Below are positions 9,413 to 19,130 of a stretch of DNA of 57,517 bases, one piece after another (within the stretch, counting starts at the first letter, position 1; the number at the start of each line of letters is the position of its first letter). A model generated the notes under the pieces. That model was not told the origin of the DNA. It worked only from the letters and a program-made list of their open reading frames with translations, and made no database searches. The translations under genes and the position numbers were made by a program. The stretch lies in the IMG/VR virus record IMGVR_UViG_2600255157_000003, one strand, 5' to 3'. This stretch comes from an uncultured virus (IMG/VR IMGVR_UViG_2600255157_000003) (lineage: Duplodnaviria; Heunggongvirae; Uroviricota; Caudoviricetes).

Positions 9413-9601
9413 TTATCTACTTCTACTTTTTTGAATTTCCTTATTCATTACTTCCTGAAAATTCGCTCCATTATAATATTTTCTATAATGACAGCTTGGA
9501 CACTCATCATATCTTCGATAACCTCTATCCTCTTTATTCCTCTTAGGCTCATACGAAGTTCCCGAGATACTCATTACAATATTACATTTTTTGCACAGCA
9601 T
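9413..9601 (-). CDS. Small Zn-ribbon protein
   Basis: CKKC...CPSC. Confidence 0.65.
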   Translation of the reverse strand: MLCKKCNIVMSISGTSYEPKRNKEDRGYRRYDECPSCHYRKYYNGANFQEVMNKEIQKSRSR

Positions 9602-10283
9602 TCTGCTTTCCTCCACAATCCAATATATTTAACGCAATTTGATAGTACTCTGTTCTGCCTTGATATTCTGTATGTTTCGCTTTTACAAGCTCTAATTTGA
9701 TTTTCTCTATCGTATAGTTATATGTAATTGCATTTTCGAACACTTGTATGTAATCTATACACTGTTTAATATTTTCATGCTTGTCCCTTATTTCTCCCAA
9801 AAGATATCCAATCTTTGCCGCCTTGTGAGCCTGTGGATTTTTGCCATTATTATCTTCTTTATATTTCTGAAGGGCATGTTCAATATCTGAAACAGCAGAA
9901 TCATACTTTGATAATCCAATACTAAGCTGCTCTTTGTATGTTTTAATCTGTGCCATACTCCATCCAGCAAGACCAGTTATTGATTTTGCTTCGTTATATA
10001 TTCTTGTAATGATTGAATCGTCAAATTTTATATCATTTACACCAATATACACTCCGCCATTACCTTTGTATGATGATGAGTTTTCCGATATTTGTCCGGT
10101 TTCCTTATCAACCATGTAGTAAGAACCAATCCACTTCATTTTTTTACTTCTGTTGTTTAATACGGTTCTTGCCTGTTTAAATGAAAATTCCTTAGCCATA
10201 ACTGGAGAAGAAGTGCTAATATACACTCCTTGTTGTACAGGATTCTCCATTATATAATTTTTCCCATCTGTTAAAATAAACAT
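9582..10283 (-). CDS. Hypothetical coiled-coil protein
   Basis: Start at MFILTDG after AAGGAAGGAG; the longer track ORF runs through the tRNA-like gene. Confidence 0.7.
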   Translation of the reverse strand: MFILTDGKNYIMENPVQQGVYISTSSPVMAKEFSFKQARTVLNNRSKKMKWIGSYYMVDKETGQISENSSSYKGNGGVYIGVNDIKFDDSIITRIYNEAKSITGLAGWSMAQIKTYKEQLSIGLSKYDSAVSDIEHALQKYKEDNNGKNPQAHKAAKIGYLLGEIRDKHENIKQCIDYIQVFENAITYNYTIEKIKLELVKAKHTEYQGRTEYYQIALNILDCGGKQNAVQKM

Positions 10284-10346
10284 TTTTTCTTCTCCTTCCT
10301 TAAAAATGGGTATAAAAAATACAGTGTACTTGAAACACTGATTTAA

Positions 10347-10421
10347 TGGATTTATTGGGAATCGAACCCAAGACATACTGACTTTAAAATCAACTGCTAC
10401 TACCAACTGAGCTATAAATCC
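10347..10421 (-). tRNA. tRNA-like gene with aberrant 8-nt anticodon loop (Lys-derived or pseudo-tRNA)
   Basis: GGATTTA/TAAATCC acceptor, TAGCTCAGTTGGTA D arm, TTGGG-TTCGATT-CCCAA T arm; loop TTTTAAAG. Confidence 0.7.
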
Positions 10422-10487
10422 ACATTTTTATTTTCTTTGAAATTTGAGTATTTTGCAGAACCGCTTGATAAAACTTTTAAAATTCAC

Positions 10488-10605
10488 TTGAAATTTACTG
10501 ATAAATATGTAATAATATCATAAGCGCATTCTGCGTGAAGCTATAAAGACCTGTCCATCAGAGGTGTTGTTGCACCGTTTGTATGATCGGATAGGTCTTT
10601 TTTAT
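10488..10605 (+). ncRNA. Candidate antisense small RNA (promoter plus terminator hairpin)
   Basis: TTGAAA-17-AATAAT at 10488-10516; AAAGACCTGTCC...GGATAGGTCTTT hairpin followed by a T run. Confidence 0.45.
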
Positions 10606-10696
10606 TTAGTTCTTACTGACAAATATAAGTATAGAACAAACATCCGTTTTTGTCAATATTGTTTTCGTATATTTGTTCGGAAAATTTGTTTGTATT

Positions 10697-10966
10697 TTAT
10701 TCCAGTTGTGGAAATAAAATGTTATGAATAATGTTTTTCTCTTTGAGTACTCCATATAATGACAAAGTACCAAAAAAATCATTATTTTGATAAAGGATAT
10801 CATCTGCTTGTTTTATTAACTCTTCTCCATTTTTCTTTTTAATTTTTTTCGGCACATCATGTAAATATGTTTTCTTGTCAACAACGGTCAATATCACTAT
10901 ATCATTTTCATCCATATGTTTCATTAATTCACATGCCTCTTTGACTGAGCATACTATCAATCCCAC
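10697..10966 (-). CDS. Hypothetical protein
   Basis: ORF directly after MazF stop; GTG start inferred from GAGGTG RBS. Confidence 0.6.
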   Translation of the reverse strand: MGLIVCSVKEACELMKHMDENDIVILTVVDKKTYLHDVPKKIKKKNGEELIKQADDILYQNNDFFGTLSLYGVLKEKNIIHNILFPQLE

Positions 10967-11346
10967 TATGCTAACACCTCTTCCCAATCAATGTTTTCTC
11001 CAAAGAAAAATGTATTAAAACATACCTTATTAACATTATTTCTCTGTTTTTTATCTGATACATTTCCTAATTTTTTAATAACCTCTTCTTTACATATTGT
11101 TTGAGGTTGCTCACCTAAGATCATTGAATACATTGACAAACCAGTTTCTGATTCTGCCTGCAAACATCCATGAACCGGGAGATGTTGCTTTTTTATAATA
11201 TGAGTCAAAGGCATAACAGTAATGATACTTGCATTTGCTGTGCCTTTCTCATTACTTACAATTATATATGGTCTTCTCTTTTTTTGAATAGAGCCAGTTC
11301 CATACGCTAATTCTGCCTCTATAATATCATATCTATGAAGCTCCAT
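10966..11346 (-). CDS. PemK/MazF-like protein, no adjacent MazE
   Basis: GSIQKKRRPYIIVSN, VMPLT and EQPQTI motifs. Confidence 0.85.
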   Translation of the reverse strand: MELHRYDIIEAELAYGTGSIQKKRRPYIIVSNEKGTANASIITVMPLTHIIKKQHLPVHGCLQAESETGLSMYSMILGEQPQTICKEEVIKKLGNVSDKKQRNNVNKVCFNTFFFGENIDWEEVLA

Positions 11347-11520
11347 ACGTATCCTCCTCTCTTGCACTATGTATTTGATTTTGCCTTTGATATTTCATAT
11401 TGTATCAAGTTGACAGCAACTTGTCAACAACTTTGTGCCAATTTATCAAAATAATTGACACAAAGTTTATGGCAACTTATAATAAACTATATTACATTTT
11501 GATATTTAAGAGGTGCTTAT

Positions 11521-11697
11521 ATGCCACAAGGGAAAATTTCACAAAAAAATACAAGAATATCTATAGTAATTCCAAAAGATTTAAAACTTGAAGCTGACAA
11601 AATTGCAAATAATGATGGCAGGTCATTAGGAGGTTGGATCAGAAAACTAATATCTGATGCTGTATCTGAATATAACAAAAGCGATACCTCTCAATAA
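11521..11697 (+). CDS. Ribbon-helix-helix (Arc/CopG-like) regulator, 58 aa
   Basis: NTRISIVIPKDLKLEADKIANNDGRSLGGWIRKLI; AAGAGGTG RBS; divergent from MazF; below track cutoff. Confidence 0.8.
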   Translation: MPQGKISQKNTRISIVIPKDLKLEADKIANNDGRSLGGWIRKLISDAVSEYNKSDTSQ

Positions 11698-11708
11698 GTA
11701 TCGCTTTT
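11677..11708. terminator. Bidirectional intrinsic terminator; related copy at 12601-12631
   Basis: AAAAGCGATAC...GTATCGCTTTT between convergent genes. Confidence 0.7.
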
Positions 11709-11742
11709 ATAGTCCTATCCATATCCATATTATCTATTTTGT

Positions 11743-12276
11743 TTACTGTACCTTTATAGAAAACCCTTCATAAATCCCAACAGATACATCTTCACCAAAA
11801 GAATACTGCTCCATCGTTTCCTTTTCAAATCTATACGCCATCACCATTTCTTTTATCGGATCAACGATCCAATATTCCCTAACTCCTGCAGCTTGATATT
11901 TAAATAATTTCTTATAATAATCCATCTCTTTAGTTCCAGGAGAAATAATCTCGATAATCCAATCAGGCGCGCCATGACATCCCTTATCTGTGATCTTATC
12001 TTTATCACAAATAACAGAGATATCCGGCTCCACATAATTCTTATCATCCTTATTCAAAAATACAGCAAACGGAGATGGAAACACCTCACACTCACCACTA
12101 TTGTCTCTAATGTATATATTAATCTCTGTACTAATAAAATTTAACAATCTTTGATGTCTTGTGCTTGGCGGTGCCATATAATATATTTTTCCATCAATTA
12201 GTTCTGCCCGCTCTCCTTCAGGTAATGCATAGATATCTTTTATTGTATAATATTCCAATTCTCTTGCTGCGTCCAT
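11743..12276 (-). CDS. Uma2 (DUF820) PD-(D/E)xK nuclease-fold protein
   Basis: AELIDG..YYMAPPS..HQ, VEPDISV, GAPDWIIEIISP and GVREYWIVDP motifs. Confidence 0.92.
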   Translation of the reverse strand: MDAARELEYYTIKDIYALPEGERAELIDGKIYYMAPPSTRHQRLLNFISTEINIYIRDNSGECEVFPSPFAVFLNKDDKNYVEPDISVICDKDKITDKGCHGAPDWIIEIISPGTKEMDYYKKLFKYQAAGVREYWIVDPIKEMVMAYRFEKETMEQYSFGEDVSVGIYEGFSIKVQ

Positions 12277-12649
12277 CTAATCAACCTCCTTCTATATAAC
12301 TATCATACCTTATGCAGAACATTATATCAATATTAATTTTAATACTTGCGACATTTAATATAAAGTTATCAATGTGCATTTTCATAAAAGAAAAATTACT
12401 TTTCAAAAATAAATAAAACCATAATTTTATCTTGTTTTCATTCGTAAAAATGTCTATTTTACACACTTTTGTACTTTTGGATTATTATTTCATGTTACAG
12501 TTTTATCCATTACTTCCATGTTTTTAGTATAGAAATATAGCTTTTTCTATGTTATACTGGCTATTATAAAAGATAAAATTATGGTTTCTATATCAATATA
12601 AAAAACGATACTATTTTTAAGTATCGCTTTTTACATTGATATCATTAAC

Positions 12650-13204
12650 TTAAAATACACCTTCAAAAATATCGCTCAATGTCATCACAATATGCGGAAA
12701 TACCTTTAAACAAATTTCCTGATCAGCATTATAATCCTCATCTTCTTTATCAGTTTGTAGCATATAATTCTGTTCCAAAACATATCGTCCATCTTCCAAA
12801 TAATAAATTTCAACAGATCCTTGCGGAGAAACAATCCAATATTCTTCTACCCCTGCTTTTTCATAAATATCTTTCTTCTCTGTTCTATCTCTTTTTGCTG
12901 TGGAGTGACTTAACGTTTCAGCGACAAATTTAGGAACTCCATAATAGGCTCCACCCTTTAAATGTTTTCGATCACATACAATCATAATATCTGGACACAA
13001 ATAATCATCATTTACTTCAGGTTGATATTTAAAATCCAAATTCTCCATAAATACTAGACATAGACTATTTTTCAAATTATTTCCTATAATTCTATTTATA
13101 TTATTATTAATAATTCCATGTTTAAAACTTGGTGATGGCGACATATCATAAATTACACCATTAATTTTCTCATCTTTTTTTCGCTCAAAATCCGCCAATC
13201 CCAT
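12650..13204 (-). CDS. Uma2 (DUF820) protein, second copy
   Basis: EKINGVIYDMSPSP, PDIMIVCD and GVEEYWIV motifs. Confidence 0.9.
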   Translation of the reverse strand: MGLADFERKKDEKINGVIYDMSPSPSFKHGIINNNINRIIGNNLKNSLCLVFMENLDFKYQPEVNDDYLCPDIMIVCDRKHLKGGAYYGVPKFVAETLSHSTAKRDRTEKKDIYEKAGVEEYWIVSPQGSVEIYYLEDGRYVLEQNYMLQTDKEDEDYNADQEICLKVFPHIVMTLSDIFEGVF

Positions 13205-13283
13205 ATTATCACATCCCTTCTTACCACCAATTATAACATGAGTCAATAAATAAATAAAGATTATTTGCACTTCAAACAGTTCT

Positions 13284-13688
13284 TTAATTGATGGTATTAA
13301 AAAATTCTGCTTTAGATATATCTTTATAACCCAATTCCTCAGCACACTTTATCGCATCCATAATTGAAGCACCATTAAATTCTCCTTCTTGTATTCTTCC
13401 GTTTATATATCCCTGCACAATATATGTTTTTAATTCACTTTCCTTATTGACAGTGGATACTGCTGGTGCATATGCCTTATATGTCGAATTTCTTTTCCCT
13501 GATGCTACCACTACAATTACTCTGTCATAATCTTCGACAAAATTAAAATTACAATTTGAATCTTTTACTTGCTCAAATTTATCGCGAAATGTAAATGCAT
13601 CAATTTTTTTTGGAACAAATGTAACCACTCTTCCAATAAAATTATTTTTCCCATAACTAAAACTTACATTATCTCCAATATTGATCAA
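13284..13688 (-). CDS. Hypothetical protein
   Basis: 134 aa with GGGAGG RBS. Confidence 0.65.
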   Translation of the reverse strand: MINIGDNVSFSYGKNNFIGRVVTFVPKKIDAFTFRDKFEQVKDSNCNFNFVEDYDRVIVVVASGKRNSTYKAYAPAVSTVNKESELKTYIVQGYINGRIQEGEFNGASIMDAIKCAEELGYKDISKAEFFNTIN

Positions 13689-13955
13689 ATTTATCCTCCC
13701 ATAGTTCTATTTGTTTAATACTATATTTATTGTCCGTTCACATGCTTCTTTTAATATTTCTACTGCTTTGTCTAATTTTTCTTGTTCTTCATTCGTTAAA
13801 ACATTAATATTAGCAATCCTTACACCTTCCATTTTAGCAATCATTAAATCAGTTTGAAATTTTTGAGAAAAAACTATTAAATCAGATAAAACTTCAATAT
13901 TTTACTTATTCATTCTTTACCACCTTTAAAATATTATGAAATTTCACTTTTAAGT

Positions 13956-14174
13956 CTATATAAATAATCCAATTATCTGAAATATGCTCCCTACAACAAT
14001 GAAAGAGGTTCCTATAATAACCTTCATCTTATCTTTTTTGAAGCTTTCTTGCTGATGATCAAACCAATGAGCAGTGCCCACATAATTACCTTTAGTACCA
14101 AGTATAGACCACAAACTGAAAATTGTGCCAGCCACGACCAAAATAATTCCTATTGCACTCAATATCTTACTCAT
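13956..14174 (-). CDS. Small two-TM membrane protein
   Basis: Two hydrophobic helices; bounded by junction motifs 13937 and 14194. Confidence 0.7.
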   Translation of the reverse strand: MSKILSAIGIILVVAGTIFSLWSILGTKGNYVGTAHWFDHQQESFKKDKMKVIIGTSFIVVGSIFQIIGLFI

Positions 14175-14213
14175 ATTAATACCTCAAATTCTATGAAACT
14201 GAACATTCATCCA

Positions 14214-14490
14214 TCAATAACCCATTTTTTTCATCTGATTTATATCAAACTTCCAGAATGCTACTACATTATTTCCATATTTCTTAACAGCTGCTTGTCT
14301 TAATCCTTCACTCGTAAATATCAGTTCACATTTCTTTAAATCTTTGAATAATTTCTTACTCATTATAGGAGTGGATTTGTTAAAACCAAAACCAATTTTC
14401 TTGGTTATAATTTGATAACAAGCTCCATTATCCAAAATCAAATCATTTTCATCTATATCAAATATTTCTTCCGACTTTTAATTTTACCAT
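14214..14490 (-). pseudogene. Hypothetical protein with apparent frameshift near 14460
   Basis: MVKLKVGRNI* continues in another frame as DIDENDLILDNGACYQ. Confidence 0.5.
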
Positions 14491-14510
14491 TTTGTTATCC
14501 CTAATTTATT

Positions 14511-15242
14511 CTACATAAAATACTTACATTTTTCTAAATAAAACTGCTGCTCTTTTTCAAACAGACTGTTCAACAAATTCAAAGATTTTTCTTCTCTATA
14601 CTGTTTCAAAGCCTCCAGATACTCATTTCTATTTGCATCTTCAATCACAATCGGCACTATTCCATTTTTTAGACATTCCCTGAAAACAATTAACCTTCCA
14701 GTTCTGCCATTTCCGTCTTGAAACGGATGGATACTCTCGTATCTGGCATGAAACTCAGCCAATACAGAAATATTAATACCCTGATTATTATACCAGTCTA
14801 TAAGCAAAGACATCTCCTGTACAACATTCTCTGGTCTGACAGTCTGATACATACCAATCATATTAGGACGCTGTTTGTAATCACCAATAGCATATCCATT
14901 CGCACGATCCTCAAATACTCCCGATTTCAATTCATAATGAAATTGTTTTATCAGCTCTTGCGTCAATGATTCACCTAATGTATCCAACATCTTATTGAAC
15001 ATCAGAAAATGACCGTTCATTTCTTCAACATCTTTTGCTCTGTAATAATCGTCTGATTTTGGCAGCGTTCCATTATTAAACAGAGAAGCCGTTTGTTCCT
15101 CAGTAAGTGTACTCCCTTCAATCTTATTAGAATTATAGGCAAGTAAACGTTGTGTATATGCATATACCCCAGATCTATCAAACTTCTCTCTTTCTATTTT
15201 GAATCTTTCCAATAGGAAATCTAAAAACTTATCATCACCCAT
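14511..15242 (-). CDS. Fic-domain protein
   Basis: HPFQDGNGRTGR and YNSNKIEGSTLT motifs. Confidence 0.92.
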   Translation of the reverse strand: MGDDKFLDFLLERFKIEREKFDRSGVYAYTQRLLAYNSNKIEGSTLTEEQTASLFNNGTLPKSDDYYRAKDVEEMNGHFLMFNKMLDTLGESLTQELIKQFHYELKSGVFEDRANGYAIGDYKQRPNMIGMYQTVRPENVVQEMSLLIDWYNNQGINISVLAEFHARYESIHPFQDGNGRTGRLIVFRECLKNGIVPIVIEDANRNEYLEALKQYREEKSLNLLNSLFEKEQQFYLEKCKYFM

Positions 15243-15277
15243 AACAATTACCTTTCACAACAAATTTGTTAATTTAA

Positions 15278-15643
15278 CTAACAAATATTAAATATTTTCT
15301 CGTTTTTATATTTATTCTCTAATTCATCATAAGTAAAAACTTTGTTTGCTCCTTCAACACTAATTAAACCCAGTTCTGCATTTAATACTTTAAATGTTTT
15401 CCCATCATTGTGTTCAAAATGTATTTCACAAGGCACGGCATTATGAATATATGCATAATTAACTACTTCCTCTAAAGTGAGACATTTTTTATGTTCAGTA
15501 TAATTAATTATATTTCCATTAAGAATCTTTTGATTAAACCAATCATCAAATGTTGTTTTTTTATTCATTCTACTATGAGAATATATTTCTCTTAACTGAT
15601 TATAAGTATATATATTACCTTTAAACTTATATAATGTTTTCAA
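15278..15643 (-). CDS. Hypothetical protein
   Basis: 121 aa ORF. Confidence 0.6.
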   Translation of the reverse strand: MKTLYKFKGNIYTYNQLREIYSHSRMNKKTTFDDWFNQKILNGNIINYTEHKKCLTLEEVVNYAYIHNAVPCEIHFEHNDGKTFKVLNAELGLISVEGANKVFTYDELENKYKNEKIFNIC

Positions 15644-15667
15644 TATATTTATTAAACCAACCTTTCA

Positions 15668-15952
15668 TTAAAACCATGATATATTTACATCTATATTTTT
15701 ATCTTGAGCCATTTTAATAATGTCTTGTAAATCACGCAGTTTATATTCACTAATTCCTTCCAAAGAATGTATAACTTCTATATTGTCTATTCCATGTGCC
15801 TGCAAAAAATAAATATCTTTTGGTCGCCAAATATTTAATTTACTATGATATAACTCATCTTCGTAGTCAATAATTATTCCAAATAACTGTTCACCAATTC
15901 CCCAATCATGAAAACTTATTACATCTCCAATCTTTAATTCTTTTTTATCCAA
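15668..15952 (-). CDS. Hypothetical protein
   Basis: ORF between junction motifs 15652 and 15979; start inferred from GGAGGGG RBS. Confidence 0.6.
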   Translation of the reverse strand: MDKKELKIGDVISFHDWGIGEQLFGIIIDYEDELYHSKLNIWRPKDIYFLQAHGIDNIEVIHSLEGISEYKLRDLQDIIKMAQDKNIDVNISWF

Positions 15953-15996
15953 TACACTTCCCCTCCACACTCTCCTCTTAAAAACAGCAATTCATC

Positions 15997-16262
15997 CTAC
16001 TTCATTTTATAATATTTATACCACATTCTATATAATTCATTGTCTGAATGTGTTTCATGACTAAATTTTGATACCCGCTTTTTATAAGAACTGAATGTCC
16101 TGAAAAATCTGTAATCACAAATATCATAGGAACAAAATAATTTTTATATGCCCTTCCAGATGGAATATCTAAATAATTTCTACGCAAATGTCTATTTGCA
16201 CGCTTTTTCATTCCACGGTTATAATCCTTGTAACATGGAACTTTCTTATAACTTCTACTCAT
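15997..16262 (-). pseudogene. Basic phage protein (MSRSYKK type) with -1 frameshift in an A run
   Basis: One more A at 16141-16145 gives AYKKLFCSYDICDY...KMK*. Confidence 0.6.
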
Positions 16263-16288
16263 AACATTTCCCTCTTAAAAGCAACATT

Positions 16289-16519
16289 CTATTGCCTTGA
16301 CTCACTTAATGTATTAAGTAAACCCTTACCACCTTCCATTTGATTTAATCTAAATTCGACATCACTTACTGTATTCTGTGATACAAGTTTAATGAATTCA
16401 ATTGGAATATTATTTCCATTCTTTTTAGCAACCTGTTCTAAACCCTTTACTAATGATTCTGATCCAACCTTAACTCCTGCTAAATACGCTAATCTTATAC
16501 TATCCATAAATAATACCAC
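16289..16519 (-). CDS. Hypothetical protein
   Basis: 76 aa; stop codon inside junction motif. Confidence 0.6.
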   Translation of the reverse strand: MVLFMDSIRLAYLAGVKVGSESLVKGLEQVAKKNGNNIPIEFIKLVSQNTVSDVEFRLNQMEGGKGLLNTLSESRQ

Positions 16520-16580
16520 CTCACCAACTCATGCCATTTTTCTTCTTTTAAAATTTCTAATTTTTTTATTGTTAATCTTT

Positions 16581-16985
16581 CTATATATTAATTCCCAGCA
16601 TTTTATTAATCCATATACTTGCATTCAAATTGTCCGTTTTTAGGCATACCATTCCAATTAACGCCTGTTCCATTGTCTCGTACAAGACATTGCTATAATT
16701 ATTCAGTATAATTGGCTGATACCAAAATCCATGTTCTGGATTATCATCTCTCTGTGCCACAACAATAGCAGATTGTCCATCAATAACAATCACTTCTCTA
16801 ATATATTTTCTTCCAGACTTTTCTTCAAATTTATCTTTTAACTGATTTAATTCATATTCTCGTTTTGCTGCTGAAAACATTCTAACAACCTCTATTTTGT
16901 TTCCAAGATTTCCTTTATCTACAATCTCTTTTACGGCATTAAATATATCATCAGTTCCCTCTAATTCTCTATCATATAAACCCAT
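16581..16985 (-). CDS. Hypothetical protein
   Basis: 134 aa with RBS. Confidence 0.65.
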   Translation of the reverse strand: MGLYDRELEGTDDIFNAVKEIVDKGNLGNKIEVVRMFSAAKREYELNQLKDKFEEKSGRKYIREVIVIDGQSAIVVAQRDDNPEHGFWYQPIILNNYSNVLYETMEQALIGMVCLKTDNLNASIWINKMLGINI

Positions 16986-17002
16986 CTGATTATCCCTTCC
17001 CT

Positions 17003-17335
17003 CTATGCCTTTACGAATACTAGATTTTCTAAATCTGGCTTAATGCTTTTCCACGCTTCCATCACAGCCTCTTTTAATTTATCTTCACCAACAAATTCTA
17101 TGTATTTTTCTTTAACATATTGTTCACGTTCTTTTTGATCCAATTGCCTATACTCATACCTATCCCTAATCGTTGTGGATAAATATGTATATTTTCGTTG
17201 TCTTGAAGACTTATATCCAATATCAACAATTTGCCATATATTATTGTTTTGGTATCCATATCCTACCTGTAAATCTACCACAATAATAATATCCTGATTA
17301 TCTTCTGTTCTATATTTTAAAGCATCTATCCTCAT
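17003..17335 (-). CDS. Hypothetical protein
   Basis: 110 aa with GGGAGG RBS. Confidence 0.65.
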   Translation of the reverse strand: MRIDALKYRTEDNQDIIIVVDLQVGYGYQNNNIWQIVDIGYKSSRQRKYTYLSTTIRDRYEYRQLDQKEREQYVKEKYIEFVGEDKLKEAVMEAWKSIKPDLENLVFVKA

Positions 17336-17370
17336 ATATTATCCTCCCATTTTTCTATGAAAACCGGATT

Positions 17371-17776
17371 TCAAGATACTTTCTCTAACCATTTATAAGG
17401 ATAATGAAAAAATGTTGTCCTTCCATTTCCAGTATTGTGTCTTTTAGTCCAATCACAATCAAAACTTTGTATTATCCCAATACATTTTACTTTTACTTCC
17501 TTTAATACCCAAACTTCGTGTGTATATTTTGAATCTCTTACGTCTTTTACACAAGGATAGTATAATTCATTGCTATCCAACTCTTCATCTGGAACATAAA
17601 CAAAATATTTTCTTGGTATATCCTGAAGAGAAGATAAACATCCTTCTATCCAATCTGAAAAACAAACTCTTTTAGTAACTGTATCTTCATACATAGAAAC
17701 CGCACATTCTGGAACTCTTGGTGTTAGTTTCTTTAAATTTTTATCTATTGATAAATGATATAGTATATTGTTCACC
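17371..17776 (-). CDS. Hypothetical phage protein, possibly ADP-ribosyltransferase-like fold
   Basis: LYHLS...PRVP...RVCFS...HEVW pattern; fold call is tentative; GTG start after GGGAGG. Confidence 0.5.
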
Positions 17777-17795
17777 TCCCAATAAAAATCGAAAT

Positions 17796-18017
17796 TCATC
17801 TGTTGTCTTCATACCATAATTCTGCTAAAACTCTTGTTAAATCAGTTATTAACATGAGTATTCCGTTTGGTCGATAACGTTCACAATACTCATCTCTAAT
17901 TTTTCCTAACTCATTATCTGGAATTGAACCCGTTTTCTCAGATTCTAAAAACTGCTCAAATAATAAGATTAATTCTTCATGAGTTTTACTATAAAAAACA
18001 TTATTGTTGTCTACCAT
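17796..18017 (-). CDS. Hypothetical protein, paralog of 18052-18270
   Basis: EELILLFEQFLESEKTG.I...EL..IRD.YCE...LWY. Confidence 0.7.
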   Translation of the reverse strand: MVDNNNVFYSKTHEELILLFEQFLESEKTGSIPDNELGKIRDEYCERYRPNGILMLITDLTRVLAELWYEDNR

Positions 18018-18051
18018 ATATACCTCCATACTACTAAATAAAATCAGACAT

Positions 18052-18270
18052 TCATCGGTTCCAGTACCATAAATCCGCCATTGTATGTAACAAGTCGTAT
18101 TGTATCATATTAAGCGGATTAGAATTAAACCATTCACAATATAAATCACGAATCTCTCTTAATTCCTCGCCTGTAATAACACCTGTCTTTTCAAATTCCA
18201 AAAACTGCCCATACAGTTTTTTCAACTCTTCGTCATTCTTTTCTTTAAAAATATTTCTATATTCATTCAT
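18052..18270 (-). CDS. Hypothetical protein, paralog of 17796-18017
   Basis: EELKKLYGQFLEFEKTG.I...EL..IRD.YCE...LWY. Confidence 0.7.
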   Translation of the reverse strand: MNEYRNIFKEKNDEELKKLYGQFLEFEKTGVITGEELREIRDLYCEWFNSNPLNMIQYDLLHTMADLWYWNR

Positions 18271-18311
18271 ACTGCATTTACCTGCGCTTTCCTTAAAATC
18301 AGATTCATCAC

Positions 18312-18608
18312 CTAATACATCAACGCCACTTCCATTTTGTTCTTCAGCTTAACATAGATTGTACTTTCGCTGCTTTTAATCTTATAGTCTTCCAGTTCCC
18401 ATTTATAAATATCAATTTCGATATCTGTTAATTTTGATTTTAGATATAACATATCGGAATTGATACTTTCTACGAAACCGTTTACATCTACCAAATCTCT
18501 AAAGCCATATGTAGAAACTGCACTATATACAATTCCTACAAGATTTCCTTCCTTCGCTTTATTGTACGCATCTACAATAAGATTCTTAAATTTATTGTCA
18601 TTATTCAT
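18312..18608 (-). CDS. Hypothetical protein
   Basis: 98 aa with AAAGGA RBS. Confidence 0.65.
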   Translation of the reverse strand: MNNDNKFKNLIVDAYNKAKEGNLVGIVYSAVSTYGFRDLVDVNGFVESINSDMLYLKSKLTDIEIDIYKWELEDYKIKSSESTIYVKLKNKMEVALMY

Positions 18609-18620
18609 ATAGTTATCCTT

Positions 18621-18839
18621 TCACACCTCAAACGCTTCATTTCCAAGTAACATTTCTACGTGCTGTTTTAAACTTGATATTGCAGAAATATCAAAATTAA
18701 TCATTTCCTGCTCAAGCTCATCTGATAAATTGCTCATTGCAGAAAGTTTCTCTAATGACCTTTCCATACGCTCGTATGCCTCATCCAAATCGTTCCAGAC
18801 TTCCATCAGCCTACCTTGTGTTTTGTTTATTCTCGCCAT
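18621..18839 (-). CDS. Hypothetical coiled-coil protein
   Basis: Start at MARINKTQ. Confidence 0.6.
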   Translation of the reverse strand: MARINKTQGRLMEVWNDLDEAYERMERSLEKLSAMSNLSDELEQEMINFDISAISSLKQHVEMLLGNEAFEV

Positions 18840-19107
18840 ATAATCCCTCTCCCATCTCCTGAAGATAATGCCACAAGTCAACACCATCCACGCTGCTCAT
18901 ATCAGTTTTATACCATTCTTTCTGAAATATAAAATAGAAATAGCATCTATTTGTTCTCACAGTAAACCAGAACTTCACTTTCTGATCATTGATGTTTCTC
19001 TCAAAATTATCCCAATAATCATTTTTGCTATTGATTTTCGGTGGCTGTTTCAATTTAATACATTTTACTTTATCTCCGTCCTCTGTATATAAAATCATCC
19101 AAATCAC
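18811..19107 (-). CDS. Hypothetical protein
   Basis: 98 aa ORF with GGAGG RBS. Confidence 0.6.
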   Translation of the reverse strand: MIWMILYTEDGDKVKCIKLKQPPKINSKNDYWDNFERNINDQKVKFWFTVRTNRCYFYFIFQKEWYKTDMSSVDGVDLWHYLQEMGEGLYGENKQNTR

Positions 19108-19130
19108 CTGCCTCCAATAAAATCAAGTTT

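Noticed and set aside
10284..10406. N-terminal extension of the 274-aa track ORF
   Set aside because: Overlaps the tRNA-like gene; the RBS lies before 10283
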